Shown: positions 26,951 through 44,800 of the stretch, one piece after another
How the letters are laid out: each line of letters opens with the position of its first letter
Position numbering within the stretch: position 1 is the stretch's first letter
Source of the DNA: the human T2T-CHM13v2.0 reference genome, Homo sapiens
Reading direction: 5' to 3' (one strand)
Assembly (NCBI RefSeq): GCF_009914755.1
Contig: NC_060947.1
DNA: 64,000 bases
Translations under genes and position numbers: made by a program
Notes under the pieces: generated by a model
The model's database searches: none
The model's input: the letters and a program-made list of their open reading frames with translations, nothing else
What the model was told of the DNA's origin: nothing

Positions 26951-29614
26951 CTGGGATCAGCAAACCTTTGTTAGGACATAATGTTGCCATCCAAAAGTGG
27001 CGGCCTGGAACATCAAACCTGAGGGGAAAGTCTCAGAAACTAATATGCCACAACTTCTGGCTTTCCTTTACTCATCTGAGTTGATCCACTTTTGTGAAGC
27101 AAAATTCAGGCTACTTGAGGCAACACTCACATTTTAATAGACTCCCATGCCAGTGTGGTTATAGCCCAATTACCTAGCACCTTGGCAACCATCTCCAGGG
27201 TGAAAGAAAGGTTGGGAAGAGCATCTGCAAACAAATCTGTCCTCCAAGCCTGTACAAAGTCTCCAGACAAGAAGCAAAAGCCTCATACGACGCCAGGAAA
27301 ACCTCACTTGTGTTAGTCAAGAGGCATAAAGCAAGCTGCTTTGAAACCTCTCTGTTGTCCTCAGCCAATTTGGTGATGTGATTAGGGGAATGTTGGTTAA
27401 GTGAAGAGTGAGATCTTCACCCACTCATCTTTTATTTCCCAAGAAGGTCTGGAATATCTCCTGGTGACTTCTAATTTGTTACCTAGTTATTAGGCTTCCA
27501 GTTCTCTGAGTTGGCCTAAATCTGTCAAGGTCTATCCAGGGGCACCGACATCAAGAGGTACCCTGAGATTTTACTTCTATTACTAATTATCAGAGCCCAC
27601 CTTGGGAGTTTATAGTACCAGTAATTGTTCAGGAAAAATGACTCAGGGCAAATCACCTGCAAAAATGTGATCTAGTGAAATCTGGTTAATAAAAGGGCAT
27701 CCTTGAAAGATGAGGGAGTCGTTTCTCATTTTCTATGGGTGATAGTCACATCAGGATTACTGGGCTTATTGTGGGAACATGTGCCTCGGCCTCAGATCAT
27801 GTTTAGCTCCCACTAGGGAGCAGAAAGCCTCTTGACTACCTGGTGCCTCTCTGGGTTACTGACCAGCCACTGGAAGTGTATCCTCCCAAGCATGCCTTGG
27901 CAGGTGACTGCCCATCAAGTGCTCCAGATTCACTGCACCCTAGGGTTGACTGTGCTAATTGTTTTAGGAAGTTATTTCTCATTTCCTAATTGCAGTTCAG
28001 AAGTACTTCTGGCTTCTTTGGTTTCTTCAAAAATATTTTTGAAATCTCTGTCCTTTACAAGACCTCAACATGCCTGAAGTTAGGGGAAAAGATTTTCATT
28101 TTTCTTGTAGGAGTTTTCTGTTTAGTCATCCTAAAAATATTAGCTTTGTGGATGCAGCCCATTTTCAAAGTGATCCACTTTCCTTCTGTAGCCTATGCAT
28201 AGGCATGCTTACTGGAGACATTTTGCTGCTGAAAAGAATTCACGTTATGTTAAGTATGAAAAAAAAAAGCATTCTGGATAACCAAGGTGATGATGTTCTT
28301 TCTCCCAAGGGACTTTTACATCAGTGATAATAGTTCATTTGACCCCATTTAAAAGTGGAAACAGAGGCACTGAGAGGTTGGGTTCCTTTCCCAAAGTCAT
28401 GCCACTAGTTAGTGATGTCCCATGCCCACTGGGGAGACAGGGGGAGACTTTATTCTTTCTGCCAGATACAAAACTTCTCCAAGCTTCTGCGATACATATG
28501 ACTCAGGACTTAGGGGTGCCAAGGAAGAGGTTTGTCTACTTTCATGTTAGTCTTATTCTACCATCCTTGGATGCTTTTGGCCTTCAGGTGCATATTTGAC
28601 ATTCTTCTTACAGATACTTTTACTACAGGGCCAGTGGTAGATCATAATTACGTCATTCTTTTGGGATAAAATTCGGTGTTAGCTTAGAAGAAAAGGAAGT
28701 GTTTCATTAGTGCAGAATGAAAGGATAAAGAGAGGGATGTAAACTTGAAGAGGAGGTAAGAAAGTGTCCTACAGTATTCAGAATCAGGGGCAAATGAATC
28801 CCCTGCACTAGTTAGTGCCTCCAAAAAGAAGACACTATCAGCATTTCAATCAGGCCTATATGTCAGGGCAAAGACCGCATTGATGCCAAGTCCCCTTCAT
28901 GGGTATCACTGCTCTGGCCTCTTCCTAGAATCTGCTGTCTCTTTAAAGTCCCAGAGCTATTTTCAGACTTTAATAACTAAGGTTGTAGGTACTAAGAGAA
29001 ACAATTGCTCACTTTTCTAGCAATAAGCAAAATATTTTCTTCTCACAGTTAAAATGGATTTCAATTCAGTAAGCCATAGAACACTGTTTACCCTCTGTCC
29101 TGGGTGAACAATCCTTTGTCATAGTTTCTGCAATCAGAATACACTCTTTTAGTTCTTGTGAATATCTGTATTAAAATGCCATGGAAACTTTCTGGTATAC
29201 CTACATCATAAGTGATTAAAGCCTTGAATTAAACTTCCTGCAACACCTGCATATTCCTTAGTACAATACATATAGTAGAGAATGTAACCAGACCTGTCAC
29301 CTAAAGCCAGTCAAATAAATGAGGTGCAACCCCAGAAATGCCAATTTCAGAAAACAGCCATAGTTTTGTCCAAGATAGACTGAGCCATTATAAACTTCTC
29401 AATTCCTAATAGGAAGCCCCTTCAAATTTAAATATCCCCTTGCCTTTGCAGATCCCTTCCCACTGGAGGCATGTGATGAGAGGAAATCACCGAAAACGTG
29501 GCTGCTTCAAGGATCCTGAGCCAGATTTCACTCTCCTTGGTGTCGGGCATGACACGAATATTGCTGATGGTGCAATGACCTTTCAATAGGAAAAACTGAT
29601 TTTTTTTTCCTTCA

Positions 29615-29622
29615 GTGCCTTA
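29615..29622 (+). promoter_or_regulatory. miR-124-3p 8mer seed site (GTGCCTTA) in the 3' UTR
   Basis: Exact complement of the miR-124 seed plus A1. A miR-25/92-family 7mer (GTGCAAT) lies at 29570-29576. Confidence 0.6.
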
Positions 29623-29819
29623 TGGAACACTCTGAGACTCGCGACAATGCAAACCATCATTGAAATCTTTTTGCTTTGCTTGAAAAAAAATAATTAAAAT
29701 AAAAACCAACAAAAATGGACATGCAAGATTCCAGTATGCGAAAAAAAATCTTATTAAGTCAATTCAACAAAAGCCATTCTTTGATACCACTGCAGAGTAT
29801 ATAAACACCATGTTCTTTA

Positions 29820-29821
<2 letters not shown>

Positions 29822-29858
<37 letters not shown>
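29822..29858 (+). repeat. (AC)n microsatellite in the GRIA3 3' UTR
   Basis: About 18 perfect AC units. Confidence 0.95.
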
Positions 29859-29859
<1 letters not shown>

Positions 29860-31635
29860 TTAAATTCCAATTCAGCAAAGAGGCCCATCTAAGCTAAAAA
29901 AATTAATTCTTCCTGATTAAAAAGAAAAAATCTGTCTCCCAGTGTTTGGGAAGACGGACTGGCATTTCTTCTAGGATCTGCTGACCAGATGTTTTTGGTA
30001 TTTCCTGTTGGTGGTGATGTTCTGTGCACTCTATTTCCTTTCAATGTTGCTGAAATGTGTATATCTTTAGAATGTAAATGCAACACTTAAGAAAATTCAA
30101 ACACTTTGGAAAAGGGACTAAACAGTGATTTCTCTGTGTTCTTGAAATGGTTTTGTGAAAATGCTTTGATAACTTCCCACTCAAAGAAGAGATTTACAGA
30201 GCTTTCGAAATTGACTTTGTGTGTAGCAAGGGACGGGGCACTATCAGGATACCTCTTGGTGCTTTCCTAAAATGGATCCCGGGGCTTTCCAAGGAGCCTG
30301 GAATTTCAGCTCACAGATCTGTTTTTCTTGCTTCAGTGTGCATTTTAAGTCAATAGAGCTGAGTATCTAGCATTGAGGTGAGGGAAATGCTGCCTATACT
30401 CCCAGATGTGTTTAGAATATCTCAGAAACAACACTGTGTTTAGCTCGGCTTTCTCTGCTAAGTATGCCTTTCAAGTGTACACCACGGAGACAGGACCGCG
30501 TTGCAAGGCGGGACAGCAGGTTCAGACCACAGTTCTCAGTCTGACTTTACTCTTGCTAGGTCTGTCCTACTAGCTGTTGCCTGCTACCGCCCATGGCTCT
30601 CCATCGGACTGCATGTGTCCTTTTCTAGTTTGCAAAGACTAAAATGCATTCCCAAACCTACTGCTAATCTGAGGGCCTCAGCATCACTTCCAGATCCTTG
30701 CTTGGAGCAGTCTCTCTATTGACTCTCTCAGATCGCTCCACTGCTCCATGGGCTATCAAGTAACTAACTGCATACCTGCCGTTGGCATCATCAGAACAGT
30801 CCGAAGAAATAGTCTCCACTCACTAATTACCTCCTATATAACGACGTATGCTTCCTGTAGTTCAGTAGTTTGCTCTCATCGATAACGTGCATTGGGAAGT
30901 TTCCAGACTGCAAAAACTAGGAGCTCGCATTCATTTCCCAAGTGTGACCCTTAGATGCTTAGTTGACTCGCTGCATATTTGCTCTTGTCTTCAGAAAAGA
31001 AAGGAAGAAGTATCGTTCCAACGAAATGTTTCCAGAAAAGTGTACTATAAACTTTCATTCCAAAAATGGTGTCATAAGCAAACAACTCACTTGTCAAATT
31101 TCAAATGGTATTGAACAAAAAAAGAAAGCTGTTGTGTTTTTGTTTTGTTTTGTTTTCATGAAACTGTGATTTTCAACTTATGAATGCTATAATGTCCCAG
31201 CGCGGGAAGCTCACGCTGTGTGAACATGAAGTTGTATAAAACAAACCAACCAACCTACACACAAATGTTTTCATAGGCACTGTATAAAGAAAAATGTATG
31301 TTTATTAACTCAAATCAGTTTTTCAGAGAGGAAACGTCACTGAGATGAAGAGGCGGGTAAATTGGTTTGTTATTTTTTAAAAAAAACTTGCATGTTTAAA
31401 AAAAAGTTGATTGCTTCAAATTTCTGCTACTAACTTCAAGCTATGGGAGTTTGGCAGTAGTCACTTGAGGATTTTTTTTCCAATTCTTTTCTTTTTGTTG
31501 TTAAAGCTGTACTTCAGTGAACAGAAAAATTGCCAAGCAAACTAATGGCTATAAAAGCGTAATTTGCATGTGTGGGCATAAACTACAGAGCCTCATTGCC
31601 ATGAGGTATTGTACAAAGTTTTAATACATTTTGTA

Positions 31636-31641
31636 AATAAA
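31636..31641 (+). terminator. Polyadenylation signal AATAAA of GRIA3
   Basis: AATAAA with nearby TGTA motifs (31610, 31632) and downstream TTCTGTTTCTGTGCTTTGG. Confidence 0.8.
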
Positions 31642-34600
31642 ATTGTAAAGAAAGAATTCTGTTTCTGTGCTTTGGCTAGATGTTTAAAATTTACTTGGAT
31701 GCAGATGCCAAGAAGTTATTCACTAACTGACTTCCCCTAGAAGCTTTGCCAATGATGTAACAGTCACCTTACTGGTGACTTTCACAAAGGATTACTCCTC
31801 TCCCCACCCCAACTGCAACTGTAGTCAGGCGCAGACCCCTAGCTTAAGCAAAACCATACATCCAAGAACTTAGATTAGTTTAACTTTAGGATCTTCCATT
31901 CCCATTCTTTGTCTCCTCCACCCTTTGGGACTCCTTTCCAGAGGCCTGCCTTGGCTCTAAACTTGATCTTCAATTCTCCCATCTCCACAACTGACCTCCC
32001 ACAGAAGTACCTAAATTCAAGATTATTGACCTTCAAAAACACTTCCAATTACTTTCCTATGCCATCATAACATATATGTCCTAGTACTCTTAATTGCTTA
32101 GCTAAGTTTTGTGCTGCTGCTTCAATTACCAATAATAATTCCTAACTGGAAAACGTTTATTCCACCAAGGATCACTAATCTAGAGTGGGAGAAGAAATAA
32201 TGAATTTAGAACTATACTGATTTTAGAATAGTTCTGACAGAGAAATGAAAAGCTAATTATCTAGTCTGATTTGTAGATTCTGAACACGTAATACAACTTT
32301 ATCCAACAAATAAAGCAAGTGTTTAAATGTACACCAGCTTATATCATAATCACCTTAGAGAACAGAGGATAATGATAGGAGGAAAGGAGAGGGGATAATC
32401 TGCAACTGAACCAAAAAAGAAGGAAAGTGCAGCTGAGATGCTAGAGAGATCAAGGAAAAAAGATATCTGGGGTTAGGGAGTTAGGAAGCAAGGAACGCAA
32501 GAGCTTAAAGAAGAAGAAAAATGGGAGTGGGAAAGGAAGACTGAGAAAATTCTGAAGTGAAGGCTGATATAATCACACTGTGGACAGCTTGGCTTACTGT
32601 AGGCATCATCATAATTACTACCATTTTCACTGTGCTCTGAAATGCTAAATAGCTGTTAAACCACTCACACTTCATAACTCTTCAACTGCTTTTTAAAATT
32701 AAGACACCTGTTGCAGTCCTACCAGAAGACAATTGATTCTCCGGAGCAAGTTCAGTGACTAGATTAGAGTGATGAAATCAGTTCAAGTACCAAACAATGT
32801 CCCTGGATCCTCCAAAACAATAGATTTATGTTTTAACAGCCACTTCAATTCCTTACCCCTAAAGGAGAAGCTAATCTCAGTTGCTGTCACAGATAATGGA
32901 GCACTATTTTGGTGTAGGTGGGATTTTGGGGTTTTTTTCTCCTTGGAAGAAGGAGGAAACAAAGGGGGCTGCTTTTAGTATTTCTCAAATTGGACTATAA
33001 GTAGTTAGATATTTTGCTTATACATAGAGTCAACCTTACCAATCAGGTCTTCAAAAAGGCCTTGTATTTCAAATGCCACACTCTCCCTGTGCACAAAAGA
33101 AGAATTCCTCTTGGTCTCTGCATCAGTATTCTTGCCCTGTTAAGACTCACATCTGATCACACTCAGTCAACAGAACAATCTTCAAACAGGAAGGACAAAT
33201 GTATTTAAGGAAACCTTAGTAAGATCATGGCAGAAATGTTGCAGGAAATCGTCTCCCTCCTGTTGGATGAGGGAAAGGGTCAACTGTGACTTCAGAAGAT
33301 GAACGTAGAGGAGAACAAATTGAGAAGCAAGAAGCAAAACCATTATTCCTCAGAATTCAGACTCAATCAAGCAAAAGATGCATTAATATGCTATCTCACA
33401 AGGGTCAGAAACCATTTGTAACACAAACACTACCAAAACCTACTGTTACTGAGAGAGTTACTTTCAAAACCTGAGCTTTTTAGCGACTCTGAACCATACC
33501 CCTCCCCTTTTGTCCTCACTCTGTTGGACTGAGGTTCCTGGGACCAATTTATTATCAGATCACTTGGCAGACATGAAACTCAGCAGCTGAGGTGTGGGAG
33601 TTCTGTGCACTCCCACAGCTGAATTCAGATTCTCTCTTAGGAGAGAATGGTGGGTTGCACTAAGAATTAATGAAACCTGCCTCCAGAACTAAAAGTGCTA
33701 TGAAGTGCTAGGAGACTTCCTGCACACCTAAGATCAAGAATCATAGACTAGCCATTTACATTCGGTGAAAACATGGGGCACTCAGATTTTCTCAAAAGGT
33801 TTCCAGGGAGAGCATTGTTGTCAGGAGAAGATTGAGGGAGGCTTTAGGGGGTTGATCACTGTCCCAAACCTACTGCCATATACTCAACCTCCTCAATGCT
33901 GAGGGTTCACAAATTCATTCAAATGGGCAAGATTCCCCAAGTTCTCTGACAGCCATTGTTATTGTAACCATATGTCACCTGCACAGGATGGTTGTGAGAG
34001 GGCATACACTCTCTGCTTCTCTTTGCCAGATGAGGAAGGAGCAATCTTGGCCCCTACCCTCAGAGGGCTTACAGTCTTGGTACAAGGTAGATGATGACTG
34101 AAAAGAATCTGCATTCATTTATGTATATTGCTCTGCTCAGAGAAAATACTTTTAAAAGCCCAAAAGGAAGACTTTCCCTTTGCCCCTTCACTTGGACTTG
34201 CTCTTCCTAATACAATCGGGGGTGGGGGAGTTGACTAAATTTTTCTTCGTGCCCAAAAGCTGTGAGCCTTTGCAATTGAGGAGTCATACCGGGACCCTGA
34301 AAGCATATAGCTGCTGAGAACCTCAGAATGACCACTTTCTTGCCAGCCTTTCCACCTTCTGAGCAGGAGGTATTTGCTTATTTGTTGATTCACAATGCCC
34401 TAGCTATAAACATGTAAAAGAACCTACAATGACAACCTAAGAAAAATCCTCTCCCCATGTCAGCAGCTTTGGAAAACTTACCCCAGGAGTGGTTTCACTG
34501 AGCTTCAATCCTATAGCAAAATGGTTGATTTACAATTTTCCTAATAAATATTCATTAAGCCTGAACAAGTCAATTAAAGCTCTGGTGGCAGCTCACACGA

Positions 34601-34893
34601 GGCTTGAATATAAGCAGACAGAAGGAAACAACTTCTATAAATATTCCCAAATAACATTACAGTCTTCCCCCATGAGAGTGCAAGAGTTTATCTGAAAGAT
34701 TGAAAACCCTCTCTGAACCCAGTGAAGGCCTCTAAGGTCCACATTTCCTCCCATTTACTGTACAGCTTCAGAAAAGCTTGTTGCATCCTCAGTCTCCACT
34801 TCCTCAATTATTGCAATATGGTTTCTACCACCACCACTGTACAGGAACTTCTCTTGACAAGGTCATCAATAAACTGCAATCCATACTTTATAG

Positions 34894-35106
34894 CAAGGGT
34901 TGGCAAACTTTGGCACACAGGCTAAATCCAGCCCACCACTGGTTTTTGTTAATAAAGTTTTACTGGAACACAGCCACAGCCATTCACTTATGTATTTTCC
35001 GTGGCTTCATTCACTCTGCAGTGGCAGAGTTGACTAGTTGCAACAGTATTGCCCAAAGTCTAAAATATTTACTAACTTGCTCTTTACAGAAAGTTTCCCG
35101 ATCACT
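34894..35106. mobile_element. MER58A-like hAT element within L2-like sequence
   Basis: GGGTTGGCAAACT..AATAAAGTTTTACTGGAACACAGCCAC..AAAATATTTACT..TTTACAGAAAGTTT. Confidence 0.8.
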
Positions 35107-36126
35107 ACTTTACCCTACTTGATAGCCATTATTTTATTTTATCTCTTTCCAGAATTTGATGCCATTAACCTCCTCCAGTTTGGAAATCTCTATTATTTTT
35201 ACTTCCATGACAGCACTCTTTACTGGGTTTCCTCTTACCCTGCTACTGATAATTTTTCTTCTGCTTCCTGGTCTCCTCTTCTATCTCTTAATGTCAATGT
35301 TCTCCCAAGTTCTACCACATTTCCCCCTTTCTTTACACTCCATATTCTCTTCTTGTGTGCTATCCCATGGTTTCCATCTCCACTTACATTATGATGTGTT
35401 TCAAGTCTTCATTTCTATCTCAAAACTCTCTCGTGAGCTCCGAACAAGTATAATTAAATGTCTATAGGAGCCCCCCTCACTTGGATTATGCTATAAGCAT
35501 GTCAAACTTGACATCTCCAACACAGAAACTATTGTGTGTTCTCTTGCCCTCGCCCCACTGCTAAACCAGAGCTACCTATAAGAATCCCTCTCTTGATTTA
35601 AAACACCATTGATGGGGAGTCAAATTAAATATAAAAATAAAACTAATGGACTTTAAAATTGGTGGATATGACAATCTGAAAAAAACAGACTTGCACTCAA
35701 AAGCAGAAGCCACAGTACAATGACAATGGAAAAGCAGATGGGTTAGTTTAACACCAACTTGTATAGCTATAAGATGTAGTGAAAAGTAAGCATATGGTTC
35801 TTTGTATATTTTGGATCGCCAAATCATAATATGATTTGCACTCTTGCGGAGGAAAACCATCTAGGGTTATCACCAAGGAAGGAATGTGCAAGCCCTGAGC
35901 ATGCTAGCCAAGGGTCCCAAATCACTCCCCAGAACAAAGCAATACAAGGAGGTGGTTATGGTCACTCTGAGGGAGATATTAGATGAAACCTGGGTGGAAT
36001 CAAAAAAGGAACAGGTGGGGAGTTTGCATGTTCAGTTTATATATACCCAAGCATATGTATTTCTGTAAGTGTTCAGAGAACTCTAAGCAACCCATGTTTT
36101 AGATTTTTTTTTTTTTTTTTACCTTT

Positions 36127-36518
36127 TGCTATGGACTGAACTGTGTCTCCTCCAAAATTTGTATGTTGTACTCTAATCCCCAATATGACTGGATTGGAGA
36201 TAGGGCTTTTAGGAGGTAATTAAGGTAAAATGAGGTCTTAAGGGTGGGGTACCAATCTGATAGGATTGGTGGCCTTATAAGAAAAGGAAGAGACAGAGAT
36301 CTCTCAGTCCACATGCATGCATGGAGGAAAGGCTATGTGAGCACACAGCAAGAAAGTGGCCATCTACAAGTCAGGAAGAGAACCCTCACCAGAACTTGAC
36401 CAGTCTCACACCCTGATGTTGAACTTCCAGCCTCCAGTACTGTGAGAAAATTAATTTCTGTTGTTTAAGCCACTCAGTCTGTGGTATTTTGTTATGGTGG
36501 CTAGAGAAGACTAAAATA
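36127..36518 (+). mobile_element. MaLR solo LTR (MLT1A/B-like)
   Basis: TGCTATGGACTGAACTGTGTC ... CTTCCAGCCTCCAG..CTGTGAGAA..TTTCTGTTGTTTAAGCCAC..GTGGTATTTTGTTATGG. Confidence 0.8.
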
Positions 36519-36906
36519 CCCTTTCCACTGTCACAGAGAGTTGGGTCATACAGGCACAATGGTGGGAGAGGGGATCAATCACCACTGTAAATCCAGTCAC
36601 CAAATTCAGAAGCCTGGAAATCAACTCTGCCTGCTCCCTCCCTCATTCTTATCTTGAATCAAGTTCCAATGATTCAATCTCTCTGATATCTCTGAAATCC
36701 ATCTACTTATATGAGTCCCTACCTTAGTTTGAACTTATAACAGTTTCTATGTGGCCTAATATAATATCCTCTTAGCTGTCCCTCTTGTTTCCAGGTTTTT
36801 GTCCCTCCAATTCATGCTCCACACTGCAACCAGAGTGACTTTTCCTGATCTCATCACTCCTCAGCATTAGTGGGTCCCTATTGCTCTTTGGCACAAGAGT
36901 AAGCTC

Positions 36907-37208
36907 TTTTTTATTATTATTTATGTGTTTAATTTTGGTTTTAGAGAGACAGGGTTTTTCTCTGTTGCCCAGGGTGGAGTGCAAAGGCATCATCATAGCT
37001 CACTGTAGCCTTGAACTCCTGGGCCCAAGCGATCCTCCCACCTCAGCCTCCTGAGTAACAAGGACCATGCCTGGCTAATTTTTTTTAACTTTTTTAGTTA
37101 AAAACTAAGTCATACTATATTCCCCAGGCTGGTCTTGAACTCTTAGCCTCAAGCAATCCTCCTGCTTTGGCCTCTCAAATTGTTAGGATTACAGGCATGA
37201 GCCACCAG
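36907..37208 (-). mobile_element. AluJ, antisense
   Basis: CATCATAGCTCACTGTAGCCTTGAACTCCTGGGCCCAAGCGATCCTCC. Confidence 0.88.
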
Positions 37209-37306
37209 CTCTTTATTTTACCATAAAAGTTGCTTATAATCTGCCACCTGCCAATTTCTTCACCCTTGTTGCTATTCACTAAGACCTAGTCATATGCAAC
37301 TTTTTA

Positions 37307-41836
<4,530 letters not shown>

Positions 41837-44800
41837 CATATACAACTATTTAAAATTCCTGGCCTTGCCATGTCTTTTCATGTTTTCATGTTTTTGCACA
41901 TGCTTCTCTATTTGCTTTTATGCCTGACTAGTTTGTACTCTGTCTTTAAGACTAACTTAGCATTGTTTCCTCTGGGAAGCCTTGTCTAACTGTGTTAGGG
42001 ACTTTCCTTTTTGCTCCCATCACAGTAGTACTTACCTACCTCATTGTGCTGTAATGAAATATTATTTTCCCTACTGGGTCATGCACTGAGACCATGGGAA
42101 GAGTCTCTTGTAGTCATTTACATAGCTGGAACAGAGTTGTAAAGGTTTGATGGGCAAATGAATGAAATGTGGAAGTGGGGAAAAAAACAGGCATAACTTA
42201 GGAAGTAGTGTTGACAGAGAAGAGGTGCCACCTTATATGATACAAAATGCAAAATCTCCCAGACTTTCTGTCCAAAAAGGCCCAACTTCCACATAATCAA
42301 TCGGTCAGCAAAAGCAGTTGTCCATAACTGGTCATCTTTTCCAGGTCTCTCTTCTCCCAAAAGAAGCTCTACCTTATCTCCCACCAGCCAGGCAGCCTGA
42401 CCTTCAGATTCCCTTGGATGTGGAGTATCTCTTGCACCACCACTATGGATGCCCTCCCTGGCCAATGCCAAGCTACTGCACCGCAGCTAGGTCCTAAATT
42501 GATTCATAGGACACTCAGGCATGCAAATCTAATCTCCTTTGTGAGGCTTACCCACTGGATAGTGGAGGAGAAATAGAAATTGTAGTCTAAACGAATAGAT
42601 TTAGCTCATACACAGTGGTATTAAGTTCAGTCAATGTCGAAGTCATAGTGATCCATCCCTCATATTCCCCTTCAATCAATGATTTACTGCCCAGCTATAA
42701 GGAGTGTAGTTGGCTGACAGCTGTTAGCGTCTTCAGAATCTGCCAGGGATTTAGAATATGGATCATACTCTTCTTGGGACATCTAGCAACTAATGACTGA
42801 GCAAAGTGGTGATAAGCAAGGTCACACTCCCTGGGGGTGATCCCCAGTGAATGACCAAGCAAAGCAGTGGTACAAAAGCCTAGCTATTCCCACCCAACAT
42901 GGGACTTCTCTAATGAGCAATCTTTGCTCCAGAGAGCCCCCTCGGGCTGGCAGAGACTTTGTCAAGACACAACCAGGAAGAGCACCACCCACTGCATATC
43001 TTCTGATGGCTCCCCCTCCTCAATCCTTCTTTGTCTCTATTTCTTCACAGGTGTTATTCCCTAATAAATTTTTGCACTCCTAATTCCTCTGAATCTGCTT
43101 CCTTGAGAAGCCAACCTGTAACTTTTGGTGCCAGAAGTGGCCCAAGAAAGGAAGCCATAAGATGCTGTGTGGATATTGGATTCATCAGCACCTGTCTGGC
43201 ATTAAGGACCCCATTCCTGGTGGAAAGTTATGCACAGAGAGCCCCTGACACAAGACAGAGTCCCAATGTCTAAATATTTCTCCTGTGGTGTTTCAGGAGA
43301 ACACACCAGTAAGGAGAATTCATTAGCTCATGGAATGACTCAAGCATTTCAAATGTATGCGAGAAATATAAGTATAAAGAAAATGGAATCTTATACTTTT
43401 ATTTAGTTACATTGATGCCCTGCTGAAGGGCAATAACAACTAAAAACTAAATGTGCGAACACAAAATCTCTTTAGTAGCTTACAAAGAAGACCTAATTTC
43501 ATGCAATGGGTGAGCATAAAAAGTTGAAGACAAAACCCAGAATTTGATCATTAGAGTGGCTGAACTTCAAGGATAACTGAATGCTCAACTGAGGCAGATA
43601 TGTTATGCCAAAGTCGAGGTCCTAGTTGTGAAAACTTAGGACCCTGACACAGGGGATGGGGACATCTAAGTGGATGCTCCTGAAGATTTTGACTCCCCAG
43701 CCCTCTCAAAAGCTTCTGAGCCTGTAGAAGTGCCTCATGCTTGCCCAATAAGAGCTAGTACTTCTTCTGTATAAGAAGACACTACATAGATCTTTCCACC
43801 ACAAAGCAGCAGGCCTATATGCAGCAAAACATTTCCACAATCAAGCTGGACCTGACTGGGGAGGAAAAGGACTATATCCCAAAGGAACTGCCGGCAGGTA
43901 CTGAGAGGAATCAAGGGAGGTCCCATGGGACTATGTTCTGAAGGTGCTTGACCAAGGAGAGCTTTCTTGTAAGACCGGATAAGGGAGAGTTTGTTGGTTT
44001 GGGGCCACTCTCTTAGAATACAAGACTTAACACCCTAACAGAGACACCAGAAGTTGGTGTAACTTGCTGCTAAGGTGGCTCCTATAAGCCTGGAAAAAAA
44101 AACAGCCCATACTGAGAGATGTTAAAATTCCTGAATTGCTGTGGCACATGCCAGAGAAAGAAATTAAAAGGCTGGGAGAAGCGGGCATGTTGGAGTGGAT
44201 ATGAAGCCAGAAGATCCACTGGAGGATTATGTCACATAGGAGAACCCAGAAGACACATCATTCACCTAGCCCATCAGGAATACTGGTGAAAGGGGCAGCA
44301 AGATCACCAAGAAGTTCAGTGGTGGCTCTCCTCTGCAGGCCAAAGCACATGATAAGAGATGTGATTCCTTGATTTGTTGATAGAAATGGAAATGATTGCC
44401 AAACCTCCCAACCCTGGCAATAGAGACCAAGTGATAGCACTCCACCACCAGAAGCCCAGGGGTTTGTAATTATTAAAATAACAATACACAATTAGATTGG
44501 CAACCAAGTGGGCCTGATATGTAGAGATGGTTAATAGAACACTGCATCCCTAAAGGCAAAATAGATAGCAGCCAAAAGGGTATTGCTTAACATATATAAT
44601 TTTTTAAAAGAGTAAGCATAAATGAGCAGGAACTAGGTCAGTCTCCCCAATTAAAACGCCATAATTTCTAGTTTAGTTTCCAGACCTGAGCTAATTTTCC
44701 ATCCCAGAACACACCTATTAGAGAGATGGCCTCCAGTGGGAAGAGCCCTGCATTACAAGTCTTTCCCCCCAGTCCTTACCAAAAGGACCCCACAGCCATC

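Larger units (their letters stand above)
29452..31660 (+). other. GRIA3: GRIA3 terminal non-coding exon (3' UTR, ~2.2 kb)
   Basis: Acceptor ccccttgcctttgcag|ATCCC at 29451/29452. No interspersed repeats. AATAAA at 31636 followed by a GT/T-rich tract. The 3' end is approximate. Confidence 0.85.

Noticed and set aside
30478-30495. Partial REST/RE1-like motif CACCACGGAGACAG
   Set aside because: Lacks the TTCAG left half and has wrong spacing.
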